Virus record (IMG/VR): IMGVR_UViG_3300031413_000570
Length of the DNA: 64,000 bases
From: a virus
Lineage: Duplodnaviria; Heunggongvirae; Uroviricota; Caudoviricetes
Direction: 5' to 3' (one strand)
Below the pieces are notes generated by a model. That model did no database searches. It saw only the letters and a list, made by a program, of their open reading frames with translations, and was not told the origin of the DNA. Shown here one piece after another: positions 19,716 through 28,760 of the stretch. Position numbers and translations under genes: made by a program. Within the stretch, counting starts at the first letter, position 1, and every line of letters starts with the position of its first letter.

Positions 19716-20423
19716 CTATTGGGTTTGGAACACAGCTGTAGCAGTAAGGCTACCTGCTGGTACTTCAGTGAAGCCAGCATCATGGACTACTGCGTCCACT
19801 TCCTCTTCTTGAGGCATTTTGGAAACCTTCTTTACTGTAACAGCTAAACCGGACTCAACCCAGGCTTGCACTTTAGCGTCATTGGCATACATGAAGAAAA
19901 GCTGAACAGCATGACCTACCTGAGCAACCAGCTTACCTGTTGACATGTTCAAAGATTCAGGTACGCTGACTGCAAGATAAGCGTCAGGAAGCTCTGTACG
20001 CTCTGTCAGGTCCTCAGACTGTAGACCGGTCACCTGGAGCTTCCTCAGCTCTGCTGGCTGCTCTGAGAGGCGTACAGGGGCGAAGACGCGGACTTTAGAG
20101 CCGTTGTACTCAGCTTCAACAAAAGGAATAGCTGTGTTGGCGGTTTTATCCCAAGCTGAGTTACGAGCTCGTTTAACAATCTTCCGAATCCGACCAGACA
20201 TCCAGGTTGCAACAGCAACACGAGTCAGTTCATCTTCATCTAATAAGATTTTTGTCAACGCTAAAGAAGATGCCTGTAGGACATCCCTTTCTGCTGGAAG
20301 CTCACCGAGTTCATTCTTAGTGTCATTTACGACAAAAATCATCGCATACGGGTCATCATCATCCTGGGTTGTCCAAGATGGAATTTCCTGGTTACGCAAA
20401 TGTGCATAATCTACTTCAACCAT
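19716..20423 (-). CDS. Peptidyl-tRNA hydrolase, PTH2 family (actinobacterial extended type)
   Basis: MSTGKLVAQVGHA and VHDAGFTEVPAGSLT signatures. Confidence 0.8.
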   Translation of the reverse strand: MVEVDYAHLRNQEIPSWTTQDDDDPYAMIFVVNDTKNELGELPAERDVLQASSLALTKILLDEDELTRVAVATWMSGRIRKIVKRARNSAWDKTANTAIPFVEAEYNGSKVRVFAPVRLSEQPAELRKLQVTGLQSEDLTERTELPDAYLAVSVPESLNMSTGKLVAQVGHAVQLFFMYANDAKVQAWVESGLAVTVKKVSKMPQEEEVDAVVHDAGFTEVPAGSLTATAVFQTQ

Positions 20424-20532
20424 AATCTACTCGCCTCTCGTTTCATTTCTATTCTACTATTTTCTGCTTTATTCAGCCAAGACTGTCAAAATATGAGGGA
20501 ACCAAGCCTTTTAGACCTGATTCCCTCACGTT

Positions 20533-21399
20533 TTAGGATTCTGTTGTCATCTTCAACGCTGGCTGCGGACCAGGCTGAGCTGTTTTGTTATAGCCAGGGT
20601 CAATAGCAATTTGAATACTGTCAGACACCTGAGTAGTCACAGTGTTGCGGTCAGGGTTGACTTTTGATGCATCCCGGAAATCTTTCTCCGTTGGCCACCA
20701 GCGATTGCCCACAAAGTTGTATGCCGTGGTATGACCATGTACCTGGATGAAAGGCATTGACTCTTCATCCTTCCATGATTCCCAGACTTCACCAGTAGAC
20801 AAAGCCCACACAGGACCGACAGGAGTCCATGGCGTATTCTTTGCACCATGGAGCATTGCACCTGGTTTGGTGACAACTTTGATTGGAAGGTTGTTGATGT
20901 CATTAGCAACCTTCATGACATCTGTTTCGTTCTTCAGAATCACATCCCAGAACTCTTTAGTTACACCAGCATGGGTGAACAAAGCACCTTTCCCTGGGAT
21001 AGGGTAAGGGCGTGCAGATTTGGTCAACTCATGGAACAATACAGGACCTTCAACAGCGTAAGCCACCTTCAGGAGTTTCTTGCCTAACCAGGAAGCCAGA
21101 ATCCGCTGGGAATCAGCTGGGATAACATCACCCCAGAAGAAAGGAGCCCCGTCGATGTACTGGAATTCATGGTTACCCAAAATCTGAATCCACTGGCCTG
21201 GGTTAGCTTCCATCACTTTGTCGACAAGAATTAACACCGCAGGAGAAGAAGGACCTTTGTGAATAAGATCACCAGTGTGAATAACAATGACATCTTTGGG
21301 AAGCTTATGGGTTTTAGGGTTCAGACCAATGGCTTCCAAACCAGCTTTCAACTGCTGATAATGACCACCAGTGTCACCAAACACATGATACGTTGTCAT
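20533..21399 (-). CDS. Calcineurin-like metallophosphoesterase
   Basis: GDTGGH, GDLIHKG, LGNHE, THAG, HGHT. Confidence 0.9.
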   Translation of the reverse strand: MTTYHVFGDTGGHYQQLKAGLEAIGLNPKTHKLPKDVIVIHTGDLIHKGPSSPAVLILVDKVMEANPGQWIQILGNHEFQYIDGAPFFWGDVIPADSQRILASWLGKKLLKVAYAVEGPVLFHELTKSARPYPIPGKGALFTHAGVTKEFWDVILKNETDVMKVANDINNLPIKVVTKPGAMLHGAKNTPWTPVGPVWALSTGEVWESWKDEESMPFIQVHGHTTAYNFVGNRWWPTEKDFRDASKVNPDRNTVTTQVSDSIQIAIDPGYNKTAQPGPQPALKMTTES

Positions 21400-21466
21400 T
21401 TCACCACCATCTCAATCTTTTTTTGGGCAAAAGTTTTCATCTTACTATTATACCATAGTCAGCTGA

Positions 21467-22222
21467 TTACAATAAGGCTTCTTTGTTAAACAGCTCTTCC
21501 AGAATGCTTCGGGGTTTTACCAGCAACCTTGCGAAATAAACCAACATGGAACCAGAAACACCTTCAGTCTTAGGCTTGTGGTTTTCGATCATGTATTTCA
21601 ACTGCTCGACAAGCTTTTCTGACTCCACTAAACGATACGGTGACTTATACCAGTTCTTATCCCTGGTGACGAACACTTTCTCTTGAGCGATGCAGACAAT
21701 CCCCATGACTTTGACATCTTTAGGTGTCTTCTTACGCCATGATTTCAACGCGTAACCAATTTTCACTCGACCTTGAGGGAAGTACACAGTTCCTCGCTTG
21801 ATAGCACCTTTTTCTGTCACTGAATACTTACGCTGGGCTTTCCATCGTTTTGAGTCAATGACAACCACTAAATCTTTGTACACAAGAATATGGTCAGTGT
21901 CTCCGTTTGATTCGGGCCAGGATAGAGAATGGAACACAAAAACGCCAGGGGTGTCAGCAGCGAACTTGTCAATAATTTTTGCTGTATGCTTCTCGCCTTC
22001 GATGCCAGGAGCAAGAGAGGCTTTCATTCTGTTACCGTCAATACCCCATGTTAGGGAGGAAGCAGGCACACCGAACACTTTCTGCCCTGACCGAAGCAGT
22101 GTTTTTATTTCTTCGTTGCTGTTGTACAGATAGTCAGGTTTGAAGTCGAGTTCGAACTCTTCTTCAGGGTTGTCTTTCTTGTTCTGGATGTACTCATCCA
22201 AACGAGGTAACTCTTCAGGCAT
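21467..22222 (-). CDS. NERD (nuclease-related domain) protein
   Basis: GIEGEKHT...VFHSL...DTDHILV...VVIDSKRW PD-(D/E)XK-like motif. Confidence 0.75.
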   Translation of the reverse strand: MPEELPRLDEYIQNKKDNPEEEFELDFKPDYLYNSNEEIKTLLRSGQKVFGVPASSLTWGIDGNRMKASLAPGIEGEKHTAKIIDKFAADTPGVFVFHSLSWPESNGDTDHILVYKDLVVVIDSKRWKAQRKYSVTEKGAIKRGTVYFPQGRVKIGYALKSWRKKTPKDVKVMGIVCIAQEKVFVTRDKNWYKSPYRLVESEKLVEQLKYMIENHKPKTEGVSGSMLVYFARLLVKPRSILEELFNKEALL

Positions 22223-22692
22223 TAATTACTTTTCTTCCAGCCCCAACGCTTTTTCTTTTCTGGAATCTGCGTTGTTGTGGGGTTCAAGCTGGAAATAAGT
22301 TCGTTCCAGTGTGCTTCTTCGAAATCTGAAAGGTCAGTAGTGAGGCCAAGCTGGGAGTCAGGGCTGTTCTTACGAGCGAATTCAACCTGCTGACCTTCTT
22401 TCTCTTTGTACTCATTGAAGACACCTTTAAGAGGTTTTTCTTGTCTGGTGAAAGAGTTGATGATGCCTGTGTGACGGAAGTAATAGCAGAGAGCGCTACC
22501 GATGAGAGCAGTGAAAATGAAAGGACCTAACATGCCTCCTGCATCTCTTCCTACAGGGACTAACCAAAGTGCAGGTAATGCGTAGCAGAGGAAAACTTTG
22601 AACCAGTTGGGTATAACTACGGTTTCGTAGTCTTCTTTGAAGAGTTCATTTTGGACAAGCGAATCGAACGCTTCATCATCAGTCATTTTCAT
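22222..22692 (-). CDS. Small membrane protein
   Basis: Two hydrophobic segments. Confidence 0.6.
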   Translation of the reverse strand: MKMTDDEAFDSLVQNELFKEDYETVVIPNWFKVFLCYALPALWLVPVGRDAGGMLGPFIFTALIGSALCYYFRHTGIINSFTRQEKPLKGVFNEYKEKEGQQVEFARKNSPDSQLGLTTDLSDFEEAHWNELISSLNPTTTQIPEKKKRWGWKKSN

Positions 22693-22699
22693 TAGGCTC

Positions 22700-23320
22700 C
22701 TATAGCACAGTCAGTTCAATAACTGTAACATTTTTCTGTTCGGGGGCGTAGAAACCAGTGGAATCATACTCAGCTCTAAAAGCCACGCCCGGAGTGATTC
22801 TATCTACAGTAAATCGGCTTAAAGGGGAAAGAACAATTTCCTTCTCGTTTGTTGTCAGTGATGTCACAGCGTAGTCCTGCTTCACACCTTTGATGACCAG
22901 CACTGCCGGCTCTTCTTCTCCTGCAAAACGAGCAGCGATAACTGGGTCTGTTGAAGTTGACAAGAAGAAGGGGAAGGAAATCTCCTGCCCTTCCACATAG
23001 TCTGAAACGAACTGCTGGCGGGTGCCGCGATACAGGACAGGAAGCTCTGCGGTAAGGGTTTTACGACCAACCGCAGCATGGATGTTATCGATGATTTCCT
23101 GGTAGCTTTCCTTAGTCTTCCTGGATTCGATAATTTCCTGGTTCAGCATGAGCTGGTTGATTTCTTTGTACCCGGAAGACGTGTAGAACTCCACGGCATG
23201 GAATTCGTTCGCAGTTAGTGCTGTCATGAAAATGTTACGGAGTTCCACGTACTGAGTATCAGGAACTGTCTTACTGAAAACCGTCATTTGGTAAAGACGC
23301 TTTCTTGTAGTGATGAACAA
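22700..23320 (-). CDS. Mono-ADP-ribosyltransferase (R-S-E clade, VIP2/Alt-like)
   Basis: YTSSGYKEIN, LYRG, FLSTS, NEKEIVL (ExE); start may be at MTVFSK. Confidence 0.8.
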   Translation of the reverse strand: MFITTRKRLYQMTVFSKTVPDTQYVELRNIFMTALTANEFHAVEFYTSSGYKEINQLMLNQEIIESRKTKESYQEIIDNIHAAVGRKTLTAELPVLYRGTRQQFVSDYVEGQEISFPFFLSTSTDPVIAARFAGEEEPAVLVIKGVKQDYAVTSLTTNEKEIVLSPLSRFTVDRITPGVAFRAEYDSTGFYAPEQKNVTVIELTVL

Positions 23321-23363
23321 GGAAGTGTTGCTTGATGTTCATCTTAGCATGACAATTGGTTTT

Positions 23364-23882
23364 TTACAACTGCTTAGGACAGATGGGTACTAACAAGCTG
23401 ATGCTTTCATCTGTGGATACTGAAAGTAGGAAGTTATCTGCTGGAGAGATATCGAAACTTACAACAGGAGCGAAAGCTAATGTCTTGGCTTCTACCTTGG
23501 CAATTACTTTAGGAGTGAGCTGGGGATGTCTTACTGAAGGGTTGTAAGTAAGAGTTTTGATGCCATCGCCTGGTTTTTTGTCACTAATGTTTACCCAGTT
23601 GTTGTCTGAGGCAAGGATCAATGTGCCTTCTAATAGTGTGAACTCTTCACCTGAAAATAATGTCACGGTGACAACTTTGATTCCTTCTGCTTCGTCATCT
23701 GGTGTTACATCCAGAATGTGGGAAGGAGCGAAGGTTCCTTTGTTGGTGAAGCGAAGTACAGTGTCTCTGTTATCAGCCTCGTCCAGAATGTCATCCAGAG
23801 TACGAGTCTTACCGTCAGTGTTGACAATGCTGGTTTCAGCTAAAGCAAAGAATTGGGGTTTCATGGGGTTGTTTTCTTTCAT
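23364..23882 (-). CDS. Stand-alone degenerate Hint-fold protein
   Basis: AETSIVNTDG...TLDDI, VTLFSGEEF, NWVNISDKKPGD and VVSFDISPADNFLL resemble Hint blocks; Cys1, TxxH and terminal HN absent. Confidence 0.5.
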   Translation of the reverse strand: MKENNPMKPQFFALAETSIVNTDGKTRTLDDILDEADNRDTVLRFTNKGTFAPSHILDVTPDDEAEGIKVVTVTLFSGEEFTLLEGTLILASDNNWVNISDKKPGDGIKTLTYNPSVRHPQLTPKVIAKVEAKTLAFAPVVSFDISPADNFLLSVSTDESISLLVPICPKQL

Positions 23883-23910
23883 GGTTCAAAATGGTGATGC
23901 AGGTTAAGGG

Positions 23911-23955
23911 GAGAGGGGAGAGGAAAGCCATAGATGCTCTTTCCTCTCCCCTCTC
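23911..23955 (-). terminator. Terminator after the DivIVA-like gene
   Basis: gagaggggagaggaaag / ctttcctctcccctctc. Confidence 0.75.
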
Positions 23956-23979
23956 ATGCTTACCCTACATGGTCAGAAA

Positions 23980-24942
23980 TTAGTTTCTGTTCTTTTCAGT
24001 TGTCGCAACGTCGTCATCATCTTCTTCATCGAGTTCATCGAGAAGCTCTTCATTGGAAACCTCTGTTGGGTCGACTACAGTGATGTCTTCCTCGTCGTCT
24101 TCAACTACTACAGCAGCAATGGCAACTTCTTCGACTTCGCCGTCAACTTCAACTTCGACAACTTCTACAACAACAGGGTTGCTGTCATCTTCATCTGCGT
24201 CTACGTCAGCATCCTCTTCAACTTCAACGTCGCCGTCTTCGCCTTCGAGGTCAACAGCTGGGTCTTCTACGTCAACATCAACGTCTTCAGAGACAACCTC
24301 TTCGTCAAGTTCGCTTCCAGCAAGAGCTTCGTTCACAGCAAGCTTGTCCAGCTCACCCTGGAAGAAGTCTGTCAAGGTACGACGAGTAGCAAATTTGATA
24401 CCTTCGAGGTGCTCAATCTGCTGTGTCAAGTCAACAACCTTGAGCTCTGCGTTCTCACGAATCTTTTCTGCATCTGCACGAGCAGACTCAACATGCTCAC
24501 GTGCAAGACGTGAAGCGTTCTGAAGAAGAGTTGAAGCCTGGATGGCTTCTTCTTCTACAGTGTCAGCAACTGGTGCGGCGACAGGAGCTGCTACAGCAAC
24601 TGGAGCGTTCTCCAATTCGACTACACGAGCTTCAGCTACCTCAACACGACGCTCAGCGTCAGCCAAACGAGCTTCGAGGTCTGAAGTGTCAACAGAATCA
24701 GCAGACTCTGTACCTGCTTCAAGTGCAGCAACACGTTCGTTAGCTTCCGCTAATTCACCCTGAGCTTTTTCTGCAACTTCAACGCAGTAGTTCTGGTACT
24801 CAATAATTTTCTTGAGTTCTTCGTAGTGGGTTGTCAACCAATCATCGACAGATTCTTCCAGGTAACCTCCACGACGGGAGATAGGGAACTCTGGAACAGC
24901 GTTGTCAGTGATTTGCTGAATCTTCTTCACTTCATCAGTCAT
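23980..24942 (-). CDS. DivIVA/Wag31-like coiled-coil protein with acidic tail
   Basis: FPISRRGGYLEESVDDWL DivIVA motif, two coiled coils, Asp/Glu-rich C-terminal third. Confidence 0.7.
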   Translation of the reverse strand: MTDEVKKIQQITDNAVPEFPISRRGGYLEESVDDWLTTHYEELKKIIEYQNYCVEVAEKAQGELAEANERVAALEAGTESADSVDTSDLEARLADAERRVEVAEARVVELENAPVAVAAPVAAPVADTVEEEAIQASTLLQNASRLAREHVESARADAEKIRENAELKVVDLTQQIEHLEGIKFATRRTLTDFFQGELDKLAVNEALAGSELDEEVVSEDVDVDVEDPAVDLEGEDGDVEVEEDADVDADEDDSNPVVVEVVEVEVDGEVEEVAIAAVVVEDDEEDITVVDPTEVSNEELLDELDEEDDDDVATTEKNRN

Positions 24943-25003
24943 TGTTATCTATCCTTTTTCTTTCCTTGTAGGTTAAGCACTATTTGCTATCGGCGCTAAA
25001 ACA

Positions 25004-26824
25004 TCAAACTTGTTGATATTTGACTTTCAGTGCTTGTTGTTCTTGCATGATTTCCCAGAGCAGACTCTCATCTGCAACGGAAACACTGTCGTTAGAAGCA
25101 GCAGCAATGCGAGCATTCAATGCTTCAACTGCTTCCATGTATTTGATTCTCAAGAAAGTGTCCATCAAGCGGGTAAGTTGGACAGTTTCTTGACCTTCAG
25201 CTACTTTCAACTCTGTAAACATCAAAGGGTTGTCAGCTGGAAGATTGGCGATGATATCTGTTGCTCTTTCAGGGTCAGCAAACAGCTGAGCTGAAAGCCT
25301 TTTCTGTGCAAAGATTTTAGACATCTCAGTAGGGTACTGGAGGAAAGCAGCGAAAACTTTGTCATCAATCGTTAACTCATGTTCACGGTTTCGGTTCTGC
25401 TGTGATGACTGGTTCGAGTTATTCGAAGGTTTGCGAATCACTTCCAACAGCTGAGAATAAGGAACTCCAGACCAGAACGAAATCTTACGAACATACGCAT
25501 CATGAGCTAACGGGTCTTTGATGAGTGCCAGTGTGGGTCTTGCTGCATTCACGAAACCAGTTCGCCCCTCAGGGGTTGACACATCCCAGTTATTCTTCTC
25601 AAGCTTCAGAATGAACTCAATCATGCTAACTGAGTTGTTCAAACGAGAGATAAGCTGCTCATCCCCGTATTTTAAACGCAAATCGCATGGGTCAAGGTGA
25701 ACAGTTTTCGTATCACTCAAAGATTCTTCATCAGTGTCAGGCACTTCCAACGATAGGTCCACAACATAGCTGCTTAGTTGAATCTCTGGGATTCCGTTGA
25801 AGACTTTTTTAGCTGCTTCAATACCAGCATTGTCGGGGTCGAATGTGAAGTAAAACTTGAACTGGTTACCTTTTTTGGTAACAGTTGAGGCTAAACGTTC
25901 GAGTGTGTCAGCATGAGCTTTCTGGAACGCAGTACCACAAGAAGCGACAACGTTTTTGATACCAGCAGCCTGCATTGCCATCACATCAGTCTGACCCTCA
26001 ACAACAAACACTGCTCGTTCGTCAACAATTGCTTTACGGGCAAAGTTCAAACCGAGAAGAGCTTTGGATTTGTTGTACAGTCTCGTCTGAGGAGAGTTCA
26101 AGTATTTAGGAGCTTTGCTACTTTTATCTTCGTAGATAATACGCCCAGAGAAGCCAATCGGTCTTCCTTCAACGCTGTAGATCGTCCACATCAACCTGTT
26201 GCGGAACTTCTCACGCACTTCGCCTCGGCTAATAGTGGCTACACGGTTAGTGTCTTCGTTGCCCATGATTTCAGTTTCTTTAGCCAGACCAGCTTCAACA
26301 ATTTCTTCTTTAGAGAAACGGTGAGAGTAAAGAAGCTTCATTAGACCAGTGTTCGGTGCCCATCCAATGGACGGGTCTGTTTTAGCGAACTCCAGAAGGT
26401 TTCTATCAGCAAGATTTTGCTTAGCAGGATGCTGGTCAGGCAGGTTTAGGAAGTTTTCGTGGAAAAAGTCTGCAGCGATTTTTGTCATGTCTTGGTAGCG
26501 CTTCAGTTGACGATACTGTTCATCATCTTCATCATTGGTTACTTTGACACCAACTTCGTCAGCAATGTATTGGACTGCTCCTGCAAAAGAGAGCTGTTCC
26601 ATGTTGCGAACTAAGTCGAAAACATCTCCTGTTTCACCGCAACCGAAGCAATGGTAGCGTTGTACTGCAGGGCGAACGTTGAAGGATGGTGACCGCTCAG
26701 CATGGAAAGGGCAGAGTCCCAAAAAGTTCGCTCCGCTAATTCGTAGTGCAACACCACGCTTTTCCAAGAAGTCAACAATGTCGGCTTTGTTTCTGACTTC
26801 ATCAAGGGTTTCTTTACTAAACAT
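25004..26824 (-). CDS. dnaG: DNA primase
   Basis: GLCPFHAERSPSF...CFGC zinc finger, KYLNSP, VVEGQTDVMA, DPDNAG Toprim motifs. Confidence 0.95.
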   Translation of the reverse strand: MFSKETLDEVRNKADIVDFLEKRGVALRISGANFLGLCPFHAERSPSFNVRPAVQRYHCFGCGETGDVFDLVRNMEQLSFAGAVQYIADEVGVKVTNDEDDEQYRQLKRYQDMTKIAADFFHENFLNLPDQHPAKQNLADRNLLEFAKTDPSIGWAPNTGLMKLLYSHRFSKEEIVEAGLAKETEIMGNEDTNRVATISRGEVREKFRNRLMWTIYSVEGRPIGFSGRIIYEDKSSKAPKYLNSPQTRLYNKSKALLGLNFARKAIVDERAVFVVEGQTDVMAMQAAGIKNVVASCGTAFQKAHADTLERLASTVTKKGNQFKFYFTFDPDNAGIEAAKKVFNGIPEIQLSSYVVDLSLEVPDTDEESLSDTKTVHLDPCDLRLKYGDEQLISRLNNSVSMIEFILKLEKNNWDVSTPEGRTGFVNAARPTLALIKDPLAHDAYVRKISFWSGVPYSQLLEVIRKPSNNSNQSSQQNRNREHELTIDDKVFAAFLQYPTEMSKIFAQKRLSAQLFADPERATDIIANLPADNPLMFTELKVAEGQETVQLTRLMDTFLRIKYMEAVEALNARIAAASNDSVSVADESLLWEIMQEQQALKVKYQQV

Positions 26825-26859
26825 TTCCTTCTATTCTAACAGTTAATGGGGGTTAGGCA

Positions 26860-28071
26860 TCAAAACTTGGTTTTGATCGTTGCTTTACGTGGTCGGTGTT
26901 GACGGTCAGCCCATTTACCGTTAACTATCGCCTCTATACGAGGTTTTAGGATGTGCGAGTACACACTGTTTTCGTCATTGCTGCAGAGTATGAACTTGCG
27001 AGAAGATGTTGGGTCTTCGTAGTTCAAATCCAGAACAGCATGCCCTGTTGTTCCTGAGCCGGCGAAGAAGTCCATAATCAAAGCATCCTTTGGAGTCATC
27101 ACATCAATGATATGTTTCATGAATTCCAAATCTTTAGGTTCTTCGAAAGAGACTTCTTCTCCCAAAATCTTCTGCAGCAACTTCTCTGGTGAGCGAGAAG
27201 GAAAACTGAACACTGAGCGGATTACTTGATCTGGAGTGTCTTTCAGGTAAAGCTTCTTGAGAGGCTGCTGACTGTCAGTAGTTCCCCAGATTATCTGGTC
27301 AGAGTCAATGAGTTCACCGAAAGTGTCTTCACTCACTCCCCAACCACGAGTGGGAACTGATACAGGATTGCCAGTACTCGGGTTGATGACTTCGTAATAC
27401 AATCCGTTCCTGGGTGCTGACAAATCCGAGTATGTGTATAGCCCTTTACTGTCTGCGTTGTAGAACTGCTTCAACCGTTGTGGAAAGTTCTGACTCTTTA
27501 GCCATTCTCTTAGCTCTTCAGTTATGAATTCGTAGTTCTCACCGTGCTTGAGACGCAATTTTCGTTCTTGTTTGCGTAGAATATCCAAACCTTCACGCTT
27601 TTTACGCCATTTTGTGCCAGATTTGAGCAACACAGGCATAGATTTTGCGTATAGCAAGAGATATTCGTGGGAGGATGACACTAATCTTGCGTTATTGATG
27701 ACGCTTCCTGTGTCAATTGTAACCATTCCAATGAAGTTGTCTTCACCGAATACTTCGTCCATGAGTAGACGCAAACGAGGTTGAATTGTGTCATCTGCTG
27801 ATGCAGCAATGAAGCCTGTGTTCTTCAAAGAAGGGCGAGAAGCAGCTAACCTAATCCTCATAAAATCAACCCAACGTTCGTGGTGCTTTCGGCGGTTAGG
27901 TTTTGTTACTTTGTCTTTGGACAGAGAAGCAGTTTTGCTGAGATTCTTAGGTGGATCAATGTAGATGAAATCCACTTTGCTTTTTAGGTTCTGTGCATTC
28001 TCCGTCAAGAAAAGAAGGTTCTCCGATTTGATGACAGAGTGTTCAAGAAGAGCTTTTTGTTTCAACGTCAT
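26860..28071 (-). CDS. Type III Mod-like (beta-class N6/N4) DNA methyltransferase with altered catalytic motif DPPK
   Basis: IYIDPPK (normally DPPY), LRLLMDEVFGEDNF, DFFAGSGTTGHAV, RKFILC; no Res subunit adjacent. Confidence 0.8.
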   Translation of the reverse strand: MTLKQKALLEHSVIKSENLLFLTENAQNLKSKVDFIYIDPPKNLSKTASLSKDKVTKPNRRKHHERWVDFMRIRLAASRPSLKNTGFIAASADDTIQPRLRLLMDEVFGEDNFIGMVTIDTGSVINNARLVSSSHEYLLLYAKSMPVLLKSGTKWRKKREGLDILRKQERKLRLKHGENYEFITEELREWLKSQNFPQRLKQFYNADSKGLYTYSDLSAPRNGLYYEVINPSTGNPVSVPTRGWGVSEDTFGELIDSDQIIWGTTDSQQPLKKLYLKDTPDQVIRSVFSFPSRSPEKLLQKILGEEVSFEEPKDLEFMKHIIDVMTPKDALIMDFFAGSGTTGHAVLDLNYEDPTSSRKFILCSNDENSVYSHILKPRIEAIVNGKWADRQHRPRKATIKTKF

Positions 28072-28685
28072 TGTTGCTGCTTCTCATTAGGAATACCGAT
28101 TTCGTTCAAGGACGAAGCATCAGGAACAATCTGGAACTCCCCGTCAACTCGAATAATTTTCACAGGAGGAAGACTGTCTTTTTCTACTTTGGTAACAGAC
28201 GACTCGGCAAGGATAGGCAAAGGAGCTGTAATCTTGGAACGGTCAATTTCATACACAGTTCCACCAAGCTCTTCATCCTCGGTCTCAGTAATTGCATCTA
28301 AGGGCAATTCTGCAGTAATAGGTTGACCTTTGGTAGCCAGAGACATCAGTAGAATACTGCTGTATGTTGTTCCTACGTTGTCGTAAGACCCGTACTCTAC
28401 AGCAATTTTGTCAAATAGCTCAGGGTCGACTTCTGCGAACCGTTTGAAGATTACATCACGAACTGCATCTGTACTTTGCCCTGAAAGATTCTGCTTCTTC
28501 AAGTCAGCATAAGCAGCACTAATCTGTTCATTATCCAGAGATGTTGCTTCTTTCACATATTCAGAGTAGAAGCTGGCTACACTCTCTTGTTTCTGCTGAC
28601 TCAAACCTGAACAGCCTGACATTGAGAACATCATGGCAGTGACAGCTGCCACTCCAACTAAAGATCGTACAGTCTTTCTAAACAT
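28068..28685 (-). CDS. Putative lipoprotein
   Basis: Signal peptide ending in MSGC lipobox. Confidence 0.7.
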   Translation of the reverse strand: MFRKTVRSLVGVAAVTAMMFSMSGCSGLSQQKQESVASFYSEYVKEATSLDNEQISAAYADLKKQNLSGQSTDAVRDVIFKRFAEVDPELFDKIAVEYGSYDNVGTTYSSILLMSLATKGQPITAELPLDAITETEDEELGGTVYEIDRSKITAPLPILAESSVTKVEKDSLPPVKIIRVDGEFQIVPDASSLNEIGIPNEKQQQ

Positions 28686-28708
28686 TGTTCTATCTTACTC
28701 CTAAAACA

Positions 28709-28746
28709 GTTTCAGCCCCTGAATAGAAGGATTCAGGAGCTGAAAC
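28709..28746 (-). terminator. Terminator after the topoisomerase A subunit
   Basis: gtttcagcccctgaat / attcaggagctgaaac. Confidence 0.7.
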
Positions 28747-28760
28747 GTATGCCGTTGTGG

